62,260 nucleotides of DNA, taken from assembly GCA_964463635.1 (NCBI GenBank), contig CAYXCB010000002.1, forward strand, positions 1 through 62,260, read 5' to 3'. Below, in pieces: positions 8,818 through 16,874 of the stretch. A model generated the notes under the pieces. That model made no database searches. It was not told the DNA's origin and saw only the letters and a program-made list of their open reading frames with translations. The position numbers and the translations under genes are program-made. The stretch comes from an uncultured Candidatus Saccharibacteria bacterium (GTDB lineage Bacteria; Patescibacteriota; Saccharimonadia; Saccharimonadales; CAZARM01). The first letter of the stretch is position 1. Every line of letters begins with the position of its first letter.

Positions 8818-9344
8818 AAACTTACTCCTCCGTCAAGTCCTAACGCCCTATAAAGTCGACGTTCGTCTTCTTTAGTACGACAGGCTGCAATCTTTGCGTA
8901 GACTGGTAATTTATCGATTTGCCCAACCTTGGTCATGTAGACCCGTAGCAACCGTCCGTTACTCACCCCTACGTTGCCATCATAAAAAATAGTGTTTTTA
9001 GGGCCTACGACAGCTTTAACTCCCTGCCCTGGATTATCCACTACATTTTTAAGCATACGAAGGACATAAGCTTGAATTGATGCCGAGTGCTGGGGTTCTT
9101 TACTGTGCTTGTCTTCGATGTTACGTGCAATTTCTGTTAGTTTGGGATTATTGCCTATCAGGCTACAAAGTAAAGCCTGGTTGCCATGATCGGTTTCAAG
9201 CAGTTGTGTTGGCACAGGTTCTCTAACCAGCCCATTGAATACCGGCATTAAATCTTCCGGTTTGGGTAGGAAATCTGGCCCGGCTTCGTGCTTAACGAAG
9301 CCGAATTCCTGAGGTGTAATACTGGGTTGTTTTTCGTGTGACAT
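8814..9344 (-). CDS. hypothetical protein
   Basis: 176-aa ORF, translationally coupled to 8479..8817. No recognisable motif. Confidence 0.45.
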   Translation of the reverse strand: MSHEKQPSITPQEFGFVKHEAGPDFLPKPEDLMPVFNGLVREPVPTQLLETDHGNQALLCSLIGNNPKLTEIARNIEDKHSKEPQHSASIQAYVLRMLKNVVDNPGQGVKAVVGPKNTIFYDGNVGVSNGRLLRVYMTKVGQIDKLPVYAKIAACRTKEDERRLYRALGLDGGVSL

Positions 9345-9410
9345 TTTTTATTTTAGTAATTAACAGTGGCATTGTATCATGCTTTTGCTTATTTGTCAAT
9401 GAGTGGTATG

Positions 9411-10772
9411 TTACATATGTTTTCTGAGGGCAGCTCGGGCGACTGAGACTTCATCGTAGACACGTTTGGCGACCCGTTTGGGATCGTCGTCGTTCTGCTG
9501 CAAGTGGCGGAATTCCTCGGCTTGGGGACCGTTTGTCAGTATTGATTTCTCGTGGCCCTTGCCTAGCAGCAATATAGCATCGCCTTTTTGGGCATGGTCA
9601 ACAGCGTACTGGACGGCGTCTTCACGCTTATGAATTAGGAATAAATTCTTGTCTTTTTGCTTGCCGGCGGCAATCGCGCCGGCGGCAATTTGCTCCAGGA
9701 TTGCCTGGCCGTCCATGTCGCGGTCGTCTTCTTCGGTGACCACCACCATATCGCAGTATTTTCCGGCTATCTCACCCTGGGCGGCCCGCTTGGTTTCATC
9801 CCGCCGCCCGGCCGAACCGAAGACAACCCACATCCGGTTTTCGACTAGCGGCTTAACTTCGTTAAAGATCTTCTCGAAGCTCTCCGGCGTGTGGGCATAG
9901 TCGACAATCACTGTGAAAGCTTGGCCTTCGTCAACCCGCGTCATTCGGCCTTCAACTGATGTTAGGCTGGCAATCCCCTGCTCTATTTCTGGTGCGCTTA
10001 AGCCCAATGCTCGGCCCACACCTACAGCTGCCAGCGAGTTATAGACATTGAAGCTGCCTGGCAAATGGCACTCGATATGGTAATCGTCATTCTCAATCCG
10101 GGCGATGTAATGGCTGCCGGCCGGGGTTAGCTTGACGTCATTTGCCCGCAATTTGCCGTTTTTTACTCCGTATAAGACTGGGTTAGCAACTTCTCCGGCA
10201 AACAACTCGCCGCTCGGGTCGTCAGCGTTAGCAATGCCGACTTGCAAGCCTTTTTTGTTGCGATTTACAAGTTTAAATAGTTTCTTTTTGGCGTCGCGGT
10301 AACGCTCAAATGTGCCGTGATAATCCAGGTGCTCGTGGTTGACATTGGTCATGACGCCAATCGTATATGGCACGCCCCAAACCCGGTACTGGGCCAGCGC
10401 TTGGCTAGTCGTTTCCAGCACCAGCCACTCCGCCCCAGCCGTTTTGACCTGCTTCAGTTTGTGGACTAAGGAGCTAGCACCTTGAGTCGTCAGCCGCGAT
10501 GGATTAGGCTGCTCGCCTTTGCCATCGCCATAATCGATTGAAATGGTGGTCATCATGGCCACTTTATAGCCGTTATGGCGCAGCATTTGGGTAATCAGGC
10601 TGCAGGTACTGGTCTTGCCGTCAGTGCCAGTTACGCCGATAACTTTGAGGTCGCGGGCTGGAAAACCATACTTTATCTGCATAATTACAGACTCGACCCA
10701 GTGGCCATACGGCTCAATCTTTTTGAACAAACCAACCGGGATCAATTTCTTAACAACAGATCGAAAATTCAT
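9411..10772 (-). CDS. murE: Mur ligase family, UDP-MurNAc-tripeptide synthetase (MurE-like)
   Basis: 453 aa. VIGVTGTDGKTST P-loop, NHEHLDYHG and DYAHTP motifs typical of Mur ligases. Confidence 0.75.
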   Translation of the reverse strand: MNFRSVVKKLIPVGLFKKIEPYGHWVESVIMQIKYGFPARDLKVIGVTGTDGKTSTCSLITQMLRHNGYKVAMMTTISIDYGDGKGEQPNPSRLTTQGASSLVHKLKQVKTAGAEWLVLETTSQALAQYRVWGVPYTIGVMTNVNHEHLDYHGTFERYRDAKKKLFKLVNRNKKGLQVGIANADDPSGELFAGEVANPVLYGVKNGKLRANDVKLTPAGSHYIARIENDDYHIECHLPGSFNVYNSLAAVGVGRALGLSAPEIEQGIASLTSVEGRMTRVDEGQAFTVIVDYAHTPESFEKIFNEVKPLVENRMWVVFGSAGRRDETKRAAQGEIAGKYCDMVVVTEEDDRDMDGQAILEQIAAGAIAAGKQKDKNLFLIHKREDAVQYAVDHAQKGDAILLLGKGHEKSILTNGPQAEEFRHLQQNDDDPKRVAKRVYDEVSVARAALRKHM

Positions 10773-10796
10773 TACCTCTAGTATACTGTTTCTGTC

Positions 10797-12026
10797 GTGA
10801 AAATTTTAGGGATTGAGACTTCTTGTGATGAAACAGCGGCCGCCGTCGTAGAAGACGGCCGCAAACTGCTGTCTAACGTAGTGCTGAGCAGCATGGATCT
10901 GCACGCCGCTTACGGTGGTGTCGTGCCAGAAATTGCCGCCCGCTCCCACATCGAAGCCATTATGCCAGTAATAGAGCAGTCTTTGAAGCGAGCCAATTGT
11001 AGCTGGGATGACATCGATGCGATTGCTGTAACATATGGCGCTGGCTTAGGTGGTTCCCTGCTAGTCGGTGTTATGACCGCCCGGACACTAGCGATTATCA
11101 AAAATAAGCCGTTGTACGCCATCAACCACGTCGAGGGCCACATTTATGTAAATTTCTTGACTGACACTTCGCTGTCCGGCTATAAATTGCCGAGCAAGCA
11201 GCCCGAATTTCCTCTGTTAGGATTAATCGTCTCCGGCGGCCATTCGCAGCTAGTTCTCTGGCGAAATCACTTTGATTACACCTTATTGGGTCAAACTCAC
11301 GATGACGCCATCGGCGAAGCTTTTGACAAGGTCGCTAAAATCCTAGGCCTGCCCTACCCTGGCGGCCCAAGTGTCGGTGAAGCTGCCAAAAAAGGCGACC
11401 CGCATGCATTCAACTTCCCCAAAGCCAAGTTGTACAGTCCGACTCGGTCTCAATTTGGTGATGCAGTGCAAGGCAGCAACGAGGACAGCAAGCGAGCCGT
11501 ACCAGATAGTACGGTGAGTGCTGCCCGGAGTGATAACGCAGCAATGCGCGCCATAATTGAGTCGAGGAAATATGATTTTAGCTTCTCGGGGTTAAAAACT
11601 GCCGTTCTAAGGGCCGCCCAGGCTGAAATTGAAGAGAACCACACATTTCCCTCCTCTGGACTGCCAGAGAGGCTCTCAGAGTCTCAGAAAGCTAACATTG
11701 CTGCCAGCTTCCAGCGTATCGCCATTGAAACGGTGGTTGATAAGACAATTCAGGCTTATGAAGAGTTCCAGCCTAAAAGCGTAGTTATCGGGGGCGGCGT
11801 AGCCGCCAGTTTGGAATTACGCCGGCAACTAACAACCAGACTAGCTTCTGCTATAGGGTGCGACCCTATAGCACTCGAAACAGAGGGGATTTTGCAGTTT
11901 CAAGACTATAAGCTCATGACCGACAACGGCGCTATGATCGCAACTTTAGGTTGTTATAAAGCTATGTGTGATCAGACAATCGCCGACCCTTACTCTCTCA
12001 GTATTGAACCAAATCTATCAATGTAA
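10797..12026 (+). CDS. tsaD: tRNA N6-adenosine threonylcarbamoyltransferase TsaD
   Basis: MKILGIETSCDETAAAVV..., NHVEGH metal site, TDNGAMIA near the C-terminus. Carries an internal insertion (409 aa). Confidence 0.9.
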   Translation: MKILGIETSCDETAAAVVEDGRKLLSNVVLSSMDLHAAYGGVVPEIAARSHIEAIMPVIEQSLKRANCSWDDIDAIAVTYGAGLGGSLLVGVMTARTLAIIKNKPLYAINHVEGHIYVNFLTDTSLSGYKLPSKQPEFPLLGLIVSGGHSQLVLWRNHFDYTLLGQTHDDAIGEAFDKVAKILGLPYPGGPSVGEAAKKGDPHAFNFPKAKLYSPTRSQFGDAVQGSNEDSKRAVPDSTVSAARSDNAAMRAIIESRKYDFSFSGLKTAVLRAAQAEIEENHTFPSSGLPERLSESQKANIAASFQRIAIETVVDKTIQAYEEFQPKSVVIGGGVAASLELRRQLTTRLASAIGCDPIALETEGILQFQDYKLMTDNGAMIATLGCYKAMCDQTIADPYSLSIEPNLSM

Positions 12027-12046
12027 CTGTTGTGTTTATAACATTA

Positions 12047-12075
12047 TTGTATCACTGATTCTTCCCTGTTATACT
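12047..12075 (+). promoter_or_regulatory. candidate sigma70 promoter giving a ~335-nt valS leader
   Basis: TTGTAT (12047-12052), 17-nt spacer, TATACT (12070-12075). Confidence 0.4.
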
Positions 12076-12323
12076 TGTAGGTGAAAACAAAAATGTGGGT
12101 AATATCCGGCTAGCCAACCGGTTCGCACTTACAAATCAAAAGTCCTTCGACTAGGCTCAGGATCATTCAATAAATTTGAAGGTTCAGCTCACTTCCTGGT
12201 TCAAACTTGTATGTTTACCACGAGAGAGCAAAGCGAGTCGAATGGTGGGCACAACTTGGCGTTAGTTATGAGGGTTTCACGTGAAACTTTATTAAGTATT
12301 GCCAAAAATTTAAGAAAAGTTAA

Positions 12324-12351
12324 CAGGTTACTGTAGACAGTACACAGTTTC
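12324..12351. repeat. heptanucleotide array, left arm (CAGGTTA CTGTAGA CAGTACA CAGTTTC)
   Basis: Four 7-nt units. Reverse-complementary in consensus (AGTNNAC) to 12371..12405. Confidence 0.5.
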
Positions 12352-12370
12352 GAAAGCAGCTGGAATTGGC

Positions 12371-12405
12371 GTAAACTGTTAGCTGTAAACTGTTTACTGT
12401 ATACT
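12371..12405. repeat. heptanucleotide array, right arm (GTAAACT GTTAGCT GTAAACT GTTTACT GTATACT)
   Basis: Five 7-nt GTNNACT units ending 6 nt before the valS start. Only 19 nt separate the two arms and no ORF lies between them. Confidence 0.55.
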
Positions 12406-12411
12406 CTCCTT

Positions 12412-15000
12412 GTGAATTTGCCCAAAAGTTACGAACCAAAAGATTATGAAGATAATATTTATGCACTCTGGGAAAAGGGCGCGGCATTCACGCCGCAGAA
12501 CAGAGGCGGGGACGGCAGTTTTAGCATCGTGGTGCCGCCGCCAAATGCCAACGCCAGCGTTCATATAGGGACAGGGATGACTTTAGCACTAGAAGACATA
12601 GCTACTCGCTACAACCGGATGAAAGGTAAGGCTACATTGTTCGTACCAGGGGCCGACCACGCCGGTTTTGAAACCCAAGCAGTGTTTGAAAAACACCTAG
12701 CCAAAGAGGGGAAGAGCAGATTTGATTTCAGCAGGGAAGAGCTTTATCAACAGATCTGGGATTTTGTAGCCCAGAACCGTAAATTATTCGAAACCCAGTT
12801 CCGCCGCTTGGGCGCCAGTGTCGACTGGTCACGATATACTTACACCTTGGACGACAAAGTCGTAAAACTAGCTTATAAAACGTTCAAAAAGATGTGGGAT
12901 GAGAAGCTAATTTACAGAGGCGAACGCCTGGTAAATTACTGCACTCTGCACCAGACAGGATTTGCTGACATCGAGGTGGCATATGAAGATACGACCACGC
13001 CGCTGTACTACATGAGATATGGGCCGTTTGAGCTGGCTACTACCCGGCCAGAAACTAAGTTCGGCGATACGGCCGTAGCCATACACCCCGATGACAAGCG
13101 CTACCAAGAGTGGATAGGGAAGAACGTGACGGTGGAGGGAGTCAATGGGCCGTTTGAGGTTATGGTAATTAGTGATCCGATGGTAGATCCGAAGTTCGGA
13201 ACAGGGGTGGTGAAGATCACTCCGGCCCATTCGTTTGACGACTGGGAAGTGGCGCAGCGTCATAATCTACCAGCAGTGCGAGTTATTAATCATGACGGTA
13301 CCATGAACGAGAAAGCCGGCCGTTTCCGCGGCATGACAGTACTCGAAGCTCGCAAAGCCGTCGTTGAAGCACTGAAAGAGAAAGAGCTACTGGTCAAAGT
13401 TGATGAAAATTACAAGAACCGAGTAGGGAAGTGCTATAAGTGCGGCACGGTGATCGAGCCGATGCTGATGGAGCAGTGGTTCGTCGATATGCAACCTCTG
13501 GCTGAACCAGCTATAAAGGCTCTCAAGGACAAGAAAATTACGTTTTACCCTGACGCTAAGAGGGAGCAGCTAATTAAATACTTAGAGAGCTTGCGTGATT
13601 GGAACATCTCCCGGCAAATCGCCTGGGGCATCCCAATACCAGCTTTCCAAAACGTCGACGATGCTGACGATTGGATCTACGACGAGCGAGTCGACCAGGA
13701 ATTTATTGAACTCGGCGGCAAGACTTACAAACGAGACTCAGACGTTTTCGACACTTGGTTTTCTAGCGCCAGCTGGCCCTATGCCACACTTAATTATCCG
13801 GACGGGGAAGACTACAAACAGTTCTATCCGCTGAGCCTCATGGAAACCGGCGGTGAAATCCTCTACCCGTGGGTTTCTCGGATGATCGTGCTCGGGTTAT
13901 ACATGACCAAGCAGGTACCGTTCAAAGACGTCTACATCCACGGCTATGTCATGGCTGAAGATGGCGCCAAAATGAGCAAGAGCCTGGGCAATGTAGTTGA
14001 CCCGATGCCAGTTATTGATAAATATGGCTCGGACGCTCTCCGAATGGGTGTCATAAGCGGCCGAGCACCAGCCGTTAATCGCCCCTATGACCAAAGCAAA
14101 ATTATTGGTGCCCGTAACTTTACCAACAAACTTTGGAATGTCGCTAGGTTTATCGAAAGTAAAGTCGGTGATGATTTTAGCCTAAAAGGTGACCCCCAAC
14201 CGACCGCCAGTGCTGATTACTTTATATTGACTAAATTACAACAGTTGACAGAGGCGGTCTCTACCTTTTTAGACCAGTACCGCTTCTCTGAAGCCTATGA
14301 TGCCATCTATCATTTTGTTTGGGACGAGCTGGCCGATTGGTACATAGAAACTAGCAAGACTAACCCGAACAAGAGCGTCCTGGCTTACGTTCTGGAGTCG
14401 GTTTTGAAATTAACGCATCCGTTCGCGCCGTTCGTAACTGAAACAATTTGGCAGACATTGAAGTGGGAAGGCCTGTCCTCCGAAGCTTCAGCGAAGGAGG
14501 GGGACAGCCTGCTAGCCATCAGCAAATGGCCCGAGCCGATTAAAGTTGATGCTAAAAAGGGCCAAGCCTTTGAAGAAATTAAGTCCATCGTCAGTGAAAT
14601 CCGCTATATCAAAACAGTCCTGGGTCTGCGCGATTTAAGCCTTTATTACTCCAATGAGCCATTCCTGAGCGAGCATGCTGAACTAATTAAGACCCTGGCT
14701 AAGATCAACGACGTCAAAGAAGTCCGTGACGGCCACGGCCTGCGCCTGACTCAGACGGCTTACAACTGCTGGCTGGACCTGGACCATGATTCGATCAAGC
14801 ATTTCCTGCATGAGCTTCAGGAGCAGATCCGTCGTCACGAACAAGCCATTGTCCGGCTCGAAGCCCGCCTGGACAACAAAGACTACGTCAAAAGCGCTCC
14901 TAAGGCGCTGGTGGACGAAACTAAGCAGCAGCTAGACGCCACCAAAGCCCTGTTGACTAAAACCCAGGCCGAATACGACCGCTTCAGCGGCGCCAACTAG
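12412..15000 (+). CDS. valS: valine--tRNA ligase
   Basis: 862 aa with a GTG start. Class I motifs (PPPNANASVHIGT; KMSKSLGN) and a C-terminal coiled-coil arm. Confidence 0.95.
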   Translation: MNLPKSYEPKDYEDNIYALWEKGAAFTPQNRGGDGSFSIVVPPPNANASVHIGTGMTLALEDIATRYNRMKGKATLFVPGADHAGFETQAVFEKHLAKEGKSRFDFSREELYQQIWDFVAQNRKLFETQFRRLGASVDWSRYTYTLDDKVVKLAYKTFKKMWDEKLIYRGERLVNYCTLHQTGFADIEVAYEDTTTPLYYMRYGPFELATTRPETKFGDTAVAIHPDDKRYQEWIGKNVTVEGVNGPFEVMVISDPMVDPKFGTGVVKITPAHSFDDWEVAQRHNLPAVRVINHDGTMNEKAGRFRGMTVLEARKAVVEALKEKELLVKVDENYKNRVGKCYKCGTVIEPMLMEQWFVDMQPLAEPAIKALKDKKITFYPDAKREQLIKYLESLRDWNISRQIAWGIPIPAFQNVDDADDWIYDERVDQEFIELGGKTYKRDSDVFDTWFSSASWPYATLNYPDGEDYKQFYPLSLMETGGEILYPWVSRMIVLGLYMTKQVPFKDVYIHGYVMAEDGAKMSKSLGNVVDPMPVIDKYGSDALRMGVISGRAPAVNRPYDQSKIIGARNFTNKLWNVARFIESKVGDDFSLKGDPQPTASADYFILTKLQQLTEAVSTFLDQYRFSEAYDAIYHFVWDELADWYIETSKTNPNKSVLAYVLESVLKLTHPFAPFVTETIWQTLKWEGLSSEASAKEGDSLLAISKWPEPIKVDAKKGQAFEEIKSIVSEIRYIKTVLGLRDLSLYYSNEPFLSEHAELIKTLAKINDVKEVRDGHGLRLTQTAYNCWLDLDHDSIKHFLHELQEQIRRHEQAIVRLEARLDNKDYVKSAPKALVDETKQQLDATKALLTKTQAEYDRFSGAN

Positions 15001-15003
15001 AGC

Positions 15004-15165
15004 TCATTTCATAACCCACTTGTTTCCAAGGAGCCTCCTTGGAAACCTGCCGCTGTGGGTGGTCGACGTCCCGTAGCCCATGGGTGACCTCCCGATGCCT
15101 GTCCGCTCGTTGAGGATGCCTCCCCAAGTACCTTTGTCGGAGCCGGGAACGGGTAAGCGTGCCAT
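15004..15165 (-). pseudogene. 5' remnant of a tail-fibre-like gene (paralog of 2311..3624)
   Basis: My own translation gives MARLPVPGSDKGTWGGILNE..., matching (M)ARLPIPGGDTGTWGDILNE of 2311..3624 with many synonymous differences. It diverges after about 20 codons and stops after 53 aa. The region is GC-rich. Confidence 0.5.
15022..15046. terminator. hairpin GTTTCCAAGGA-GCC-TCCTTGGAAAC after valS
   Basis: 11-bp perfect stem 22 nt after the valS stop, with no clear U-tract. A related TTCCAAG...CTTGGAA hairpin lies at 44528..44548. Confidence 0.4.
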
Positions 15166-15238
15166 TTTGTTTTGTCCTTTATACCTTTTTCAACACTTAT
15201 TGTCTAATAATAAAGCAGACTTCTCAAAAGCGTAAACA

Positions 15239-16105
15239 CTAATCTGCTGGTTCTAGTGCTTGCCGGACGCGGTTAACACTTTCCTCAGGCCGATAGTCGT
15301 CAAACCACAGCACGTGCCAGCCAGCCCGCTCGGCGGCTATAACGTTGGATCTGGAGTCATCGACCAGCAGGATTTCATTTGGTTCGCAGCCGGCCTTTGC
15401 AGCGGCAATTTTATAGATCTCGGCCTCTGGTTTAATGGCTTTGGCCTCTGAGGAATCCACAATCGCCGAGTATGGGATGTTGGGGATCAGACCTTTGTCG
15501 ATCATGGCCTTTATCTGACCCGGCATTATATTGCTCAGCAGTCCGACATGGTACAGCGAGCTCGCCCACCCTAGGAGCTCGTGCATTTCCTCGATCGGCT
15601 CGATCGCAGTCAGGTAATACGTCCGCCAGTCAAACCCGGGCAGCTCAAACTGGTTGCCTAGAATCTGGTTGAATTCATCGATCGGCATCTCACCCCGACA
15701 AACTACGTCGTTATAATGCCAGAAAGTTGTTTCTATCATGTCGGCTGGCTTGCCGCTCTCGACAGCAATCTGGGTAAAGGCCCTGTGAAAGAACCGCACC
15801 AAACAGCCATTGACATCAAAGAATACAAAACGCACGCCGCTTTTAGAAGTTTTCTTGGTCTCTGGCGGCAGGTCGGGCAGGGCGTTGCCGACTAGCTCAT
15901 CCAGGGTCGTACCCAGTACTAACGCAATAGTGTGGATCGTAAATACTGACGGGGCTTTGATGGCGCCGCGCTCGATTTTGGCTAGTGTGGAATAGCTTAA
16001 GTTAGCTTTGTGGCAGAGCTCTTGCTGCGTTAACCCAGCAGCCTTACGCGCCGCCTGCAATGCCTCGCCTAAGGCCGTTTCCGCCCCCGCCTTATTACCA
16101 CTCAT
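15239..16105 (-). CDS. XRE-family HTH domain fused to a HAD-superfamily hydrolase domain
   Basis: N-terminus LTQQELCHKANLSYSTLAKIERG (HTH_3 type). C-terminal part has VFFDVNGCL (motif I, with Asn in place of the second Asp) and ILLVDDS (motif IV). Confidence 0.7.
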   Translation of the reverse strand: MSGNKAGAETALGEALQAARKAAGLTQQELCHKANLSYSTLAKIERGAIKAPSVFTIHTIALVLGTTLDELVGNALPDLPPETKKTSKSGVRFVFFDVNGCLVRFFHRAFTQIAVESGKPADMIETTFWHYNDVVCRGEMPIDEFNQILGNQFELPGFDWRTYYLTAIEPIEEMHELLGWASSLYHVGLLSNIMPGQIKAMIDKGLIPNIPYSAIVDSSEAKAIKPEAEIYKIAAAKAGCEPNEILLVDDSRSNVIAAERAGWHVLWFDDYRPEESVNRVRQALEPAD

Positions 16106-16160
16106 ATAAACCTTATAATACTAGCTCCAGGCGCAGAAAACTAGTATTAAATGGCTAGTT

Positions 16161-16334
16161 TTAGAAGAGCATGCTGAGAAGAACTAATATAACTAGAAAG
16201 ACCAGGCCGCCGACCGCAGCGGCTACGCTTAGAGAAGATTTGGTATTGTTGCCAGTCCGGCGCTGAGTCTTGGAATACACCCAGCCGGCCGCGCCGATGG
16301 CGCCAATGAAGGCAACTAATACATTTGAAAACAT
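16161..16334 (-). CDS. small two-TM membrane protein (57 aa)
   Basis: My own translation: MFSNVLVAFIGAIGAAGWVYSKTQRRTGNNTKSSLSVAAAVGGLVFLVILVLLSMLF. A cleaner reading of this stretch than the track ORF 16147..16356. Confidence 0.4.
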   Translation of the reverse strand: MFSNVLVAFIGAIGAAGWVYSKTQRRTGNNTKSSLSVAAAVGGLVFLVILVLLSMLF

Positions 16335-16355
16335 AACCGAATTCTACCACACCCA

Positions 16356-16397
16356 CTTACCCCAATTTACGTCCGATCGGACCAAAATGAGGGTAAG
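16356..16397. repeat. palindromic element P1 with core GTCCGATCGGAC
   Basis: Outer stem CTTACCC/GGGTAAG around ACGTCCGATCGGAC. Lies just downstream of the HIT gene stop. Confidence 0.5.
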
Positions 16398-16416
16398 GTA
16401 GAACTCCGGCAGAGAG

Positions 16417-16809
16417 TTAGAAGGCTAGCTTTTTGGCCATGACCGCTAATCGTTCGTCGGTTGGTTTAGAAACCTGGTTTTCAATTGTGGCTTCGAGGCC
16501 GGTTTCCATTGGAAAAACATGTATGTGCGCGTGGGGAACCGCAAAGCCTTCGACAATAACACCGACACGAGCGGGCCTTAAGACTTCGCGCTGCCGCTGC
16601 GCCACCCGTTTAACGACACCCATTAGGTGTTGGTACCGCTCATCTTGGATATCCCATAAATGGTCAATTTGTTCTTTGGGAACCACCAACGCGTGGCCTT
16701 CGGTATAGGGTGAAATGTCTAGAAAGGCGATGGTTTGATTGTCCTCGTAGATTTTGTAGCAAGGGATTTCACCCTTGATAATCTTCGTAAAAATACTGTC
16801 ATTTCCCAT
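16417..16809 (-). CDS. HIT-family (histidine triad) nucleotide hydrolase
   Basis: 130 aa. The histidine triad reads VPHAHIHVFP. Confidence 0.9.
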   Translation of the reverse strand: MGNDSIFTKIIKGEIPCYKIYEDNQTIAFLDISPYTEGHALVVPKEQIDHLWDIQDERYQHLMGVVKRVAQRQREVLRPARVGVIVEGFAVPHAHIHVFPMETGLEATIENQVSKPTDERLAVMAKKLAF

Positions 16810-16874
16810 ATACCCAACTATACAACATGGTGCTACACTGAATTAAATAACAATAACTATCTCTTGGGGGACAA

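Noticed and set aside
12230-12300. T-box riboswitch upstream of valS (GAATGGTGGGCAC resembles the T-box core; hairpin GTTTCACGTGAAAC + TTTATT)
   Set aside because: I could only find a partial match to the T-box consensus. I found no convincing Stem I, specifier loop or antiterminator/terminator overlap. It is kept only as a note in the valS-leader finding, and a covariance-model scan is needed.
12201-12425. 74-aa minus-strand ORF in the tsaD-valS spacer
   Set aside because: It runs through the heptad arrays and the valS start, has no RBS or promoter, and its composition looks like translated repeat or AT-rich spacer.
16147-16356. 69-aa track ORF (MGVVEFGYVFKCIS...)
   Set aside because: The Arg/Cys/Trp-rich translation is implausible. 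Another frame on the same strand gives a clean 57-aa two-TM protein (16161..16334), which is reported instead.
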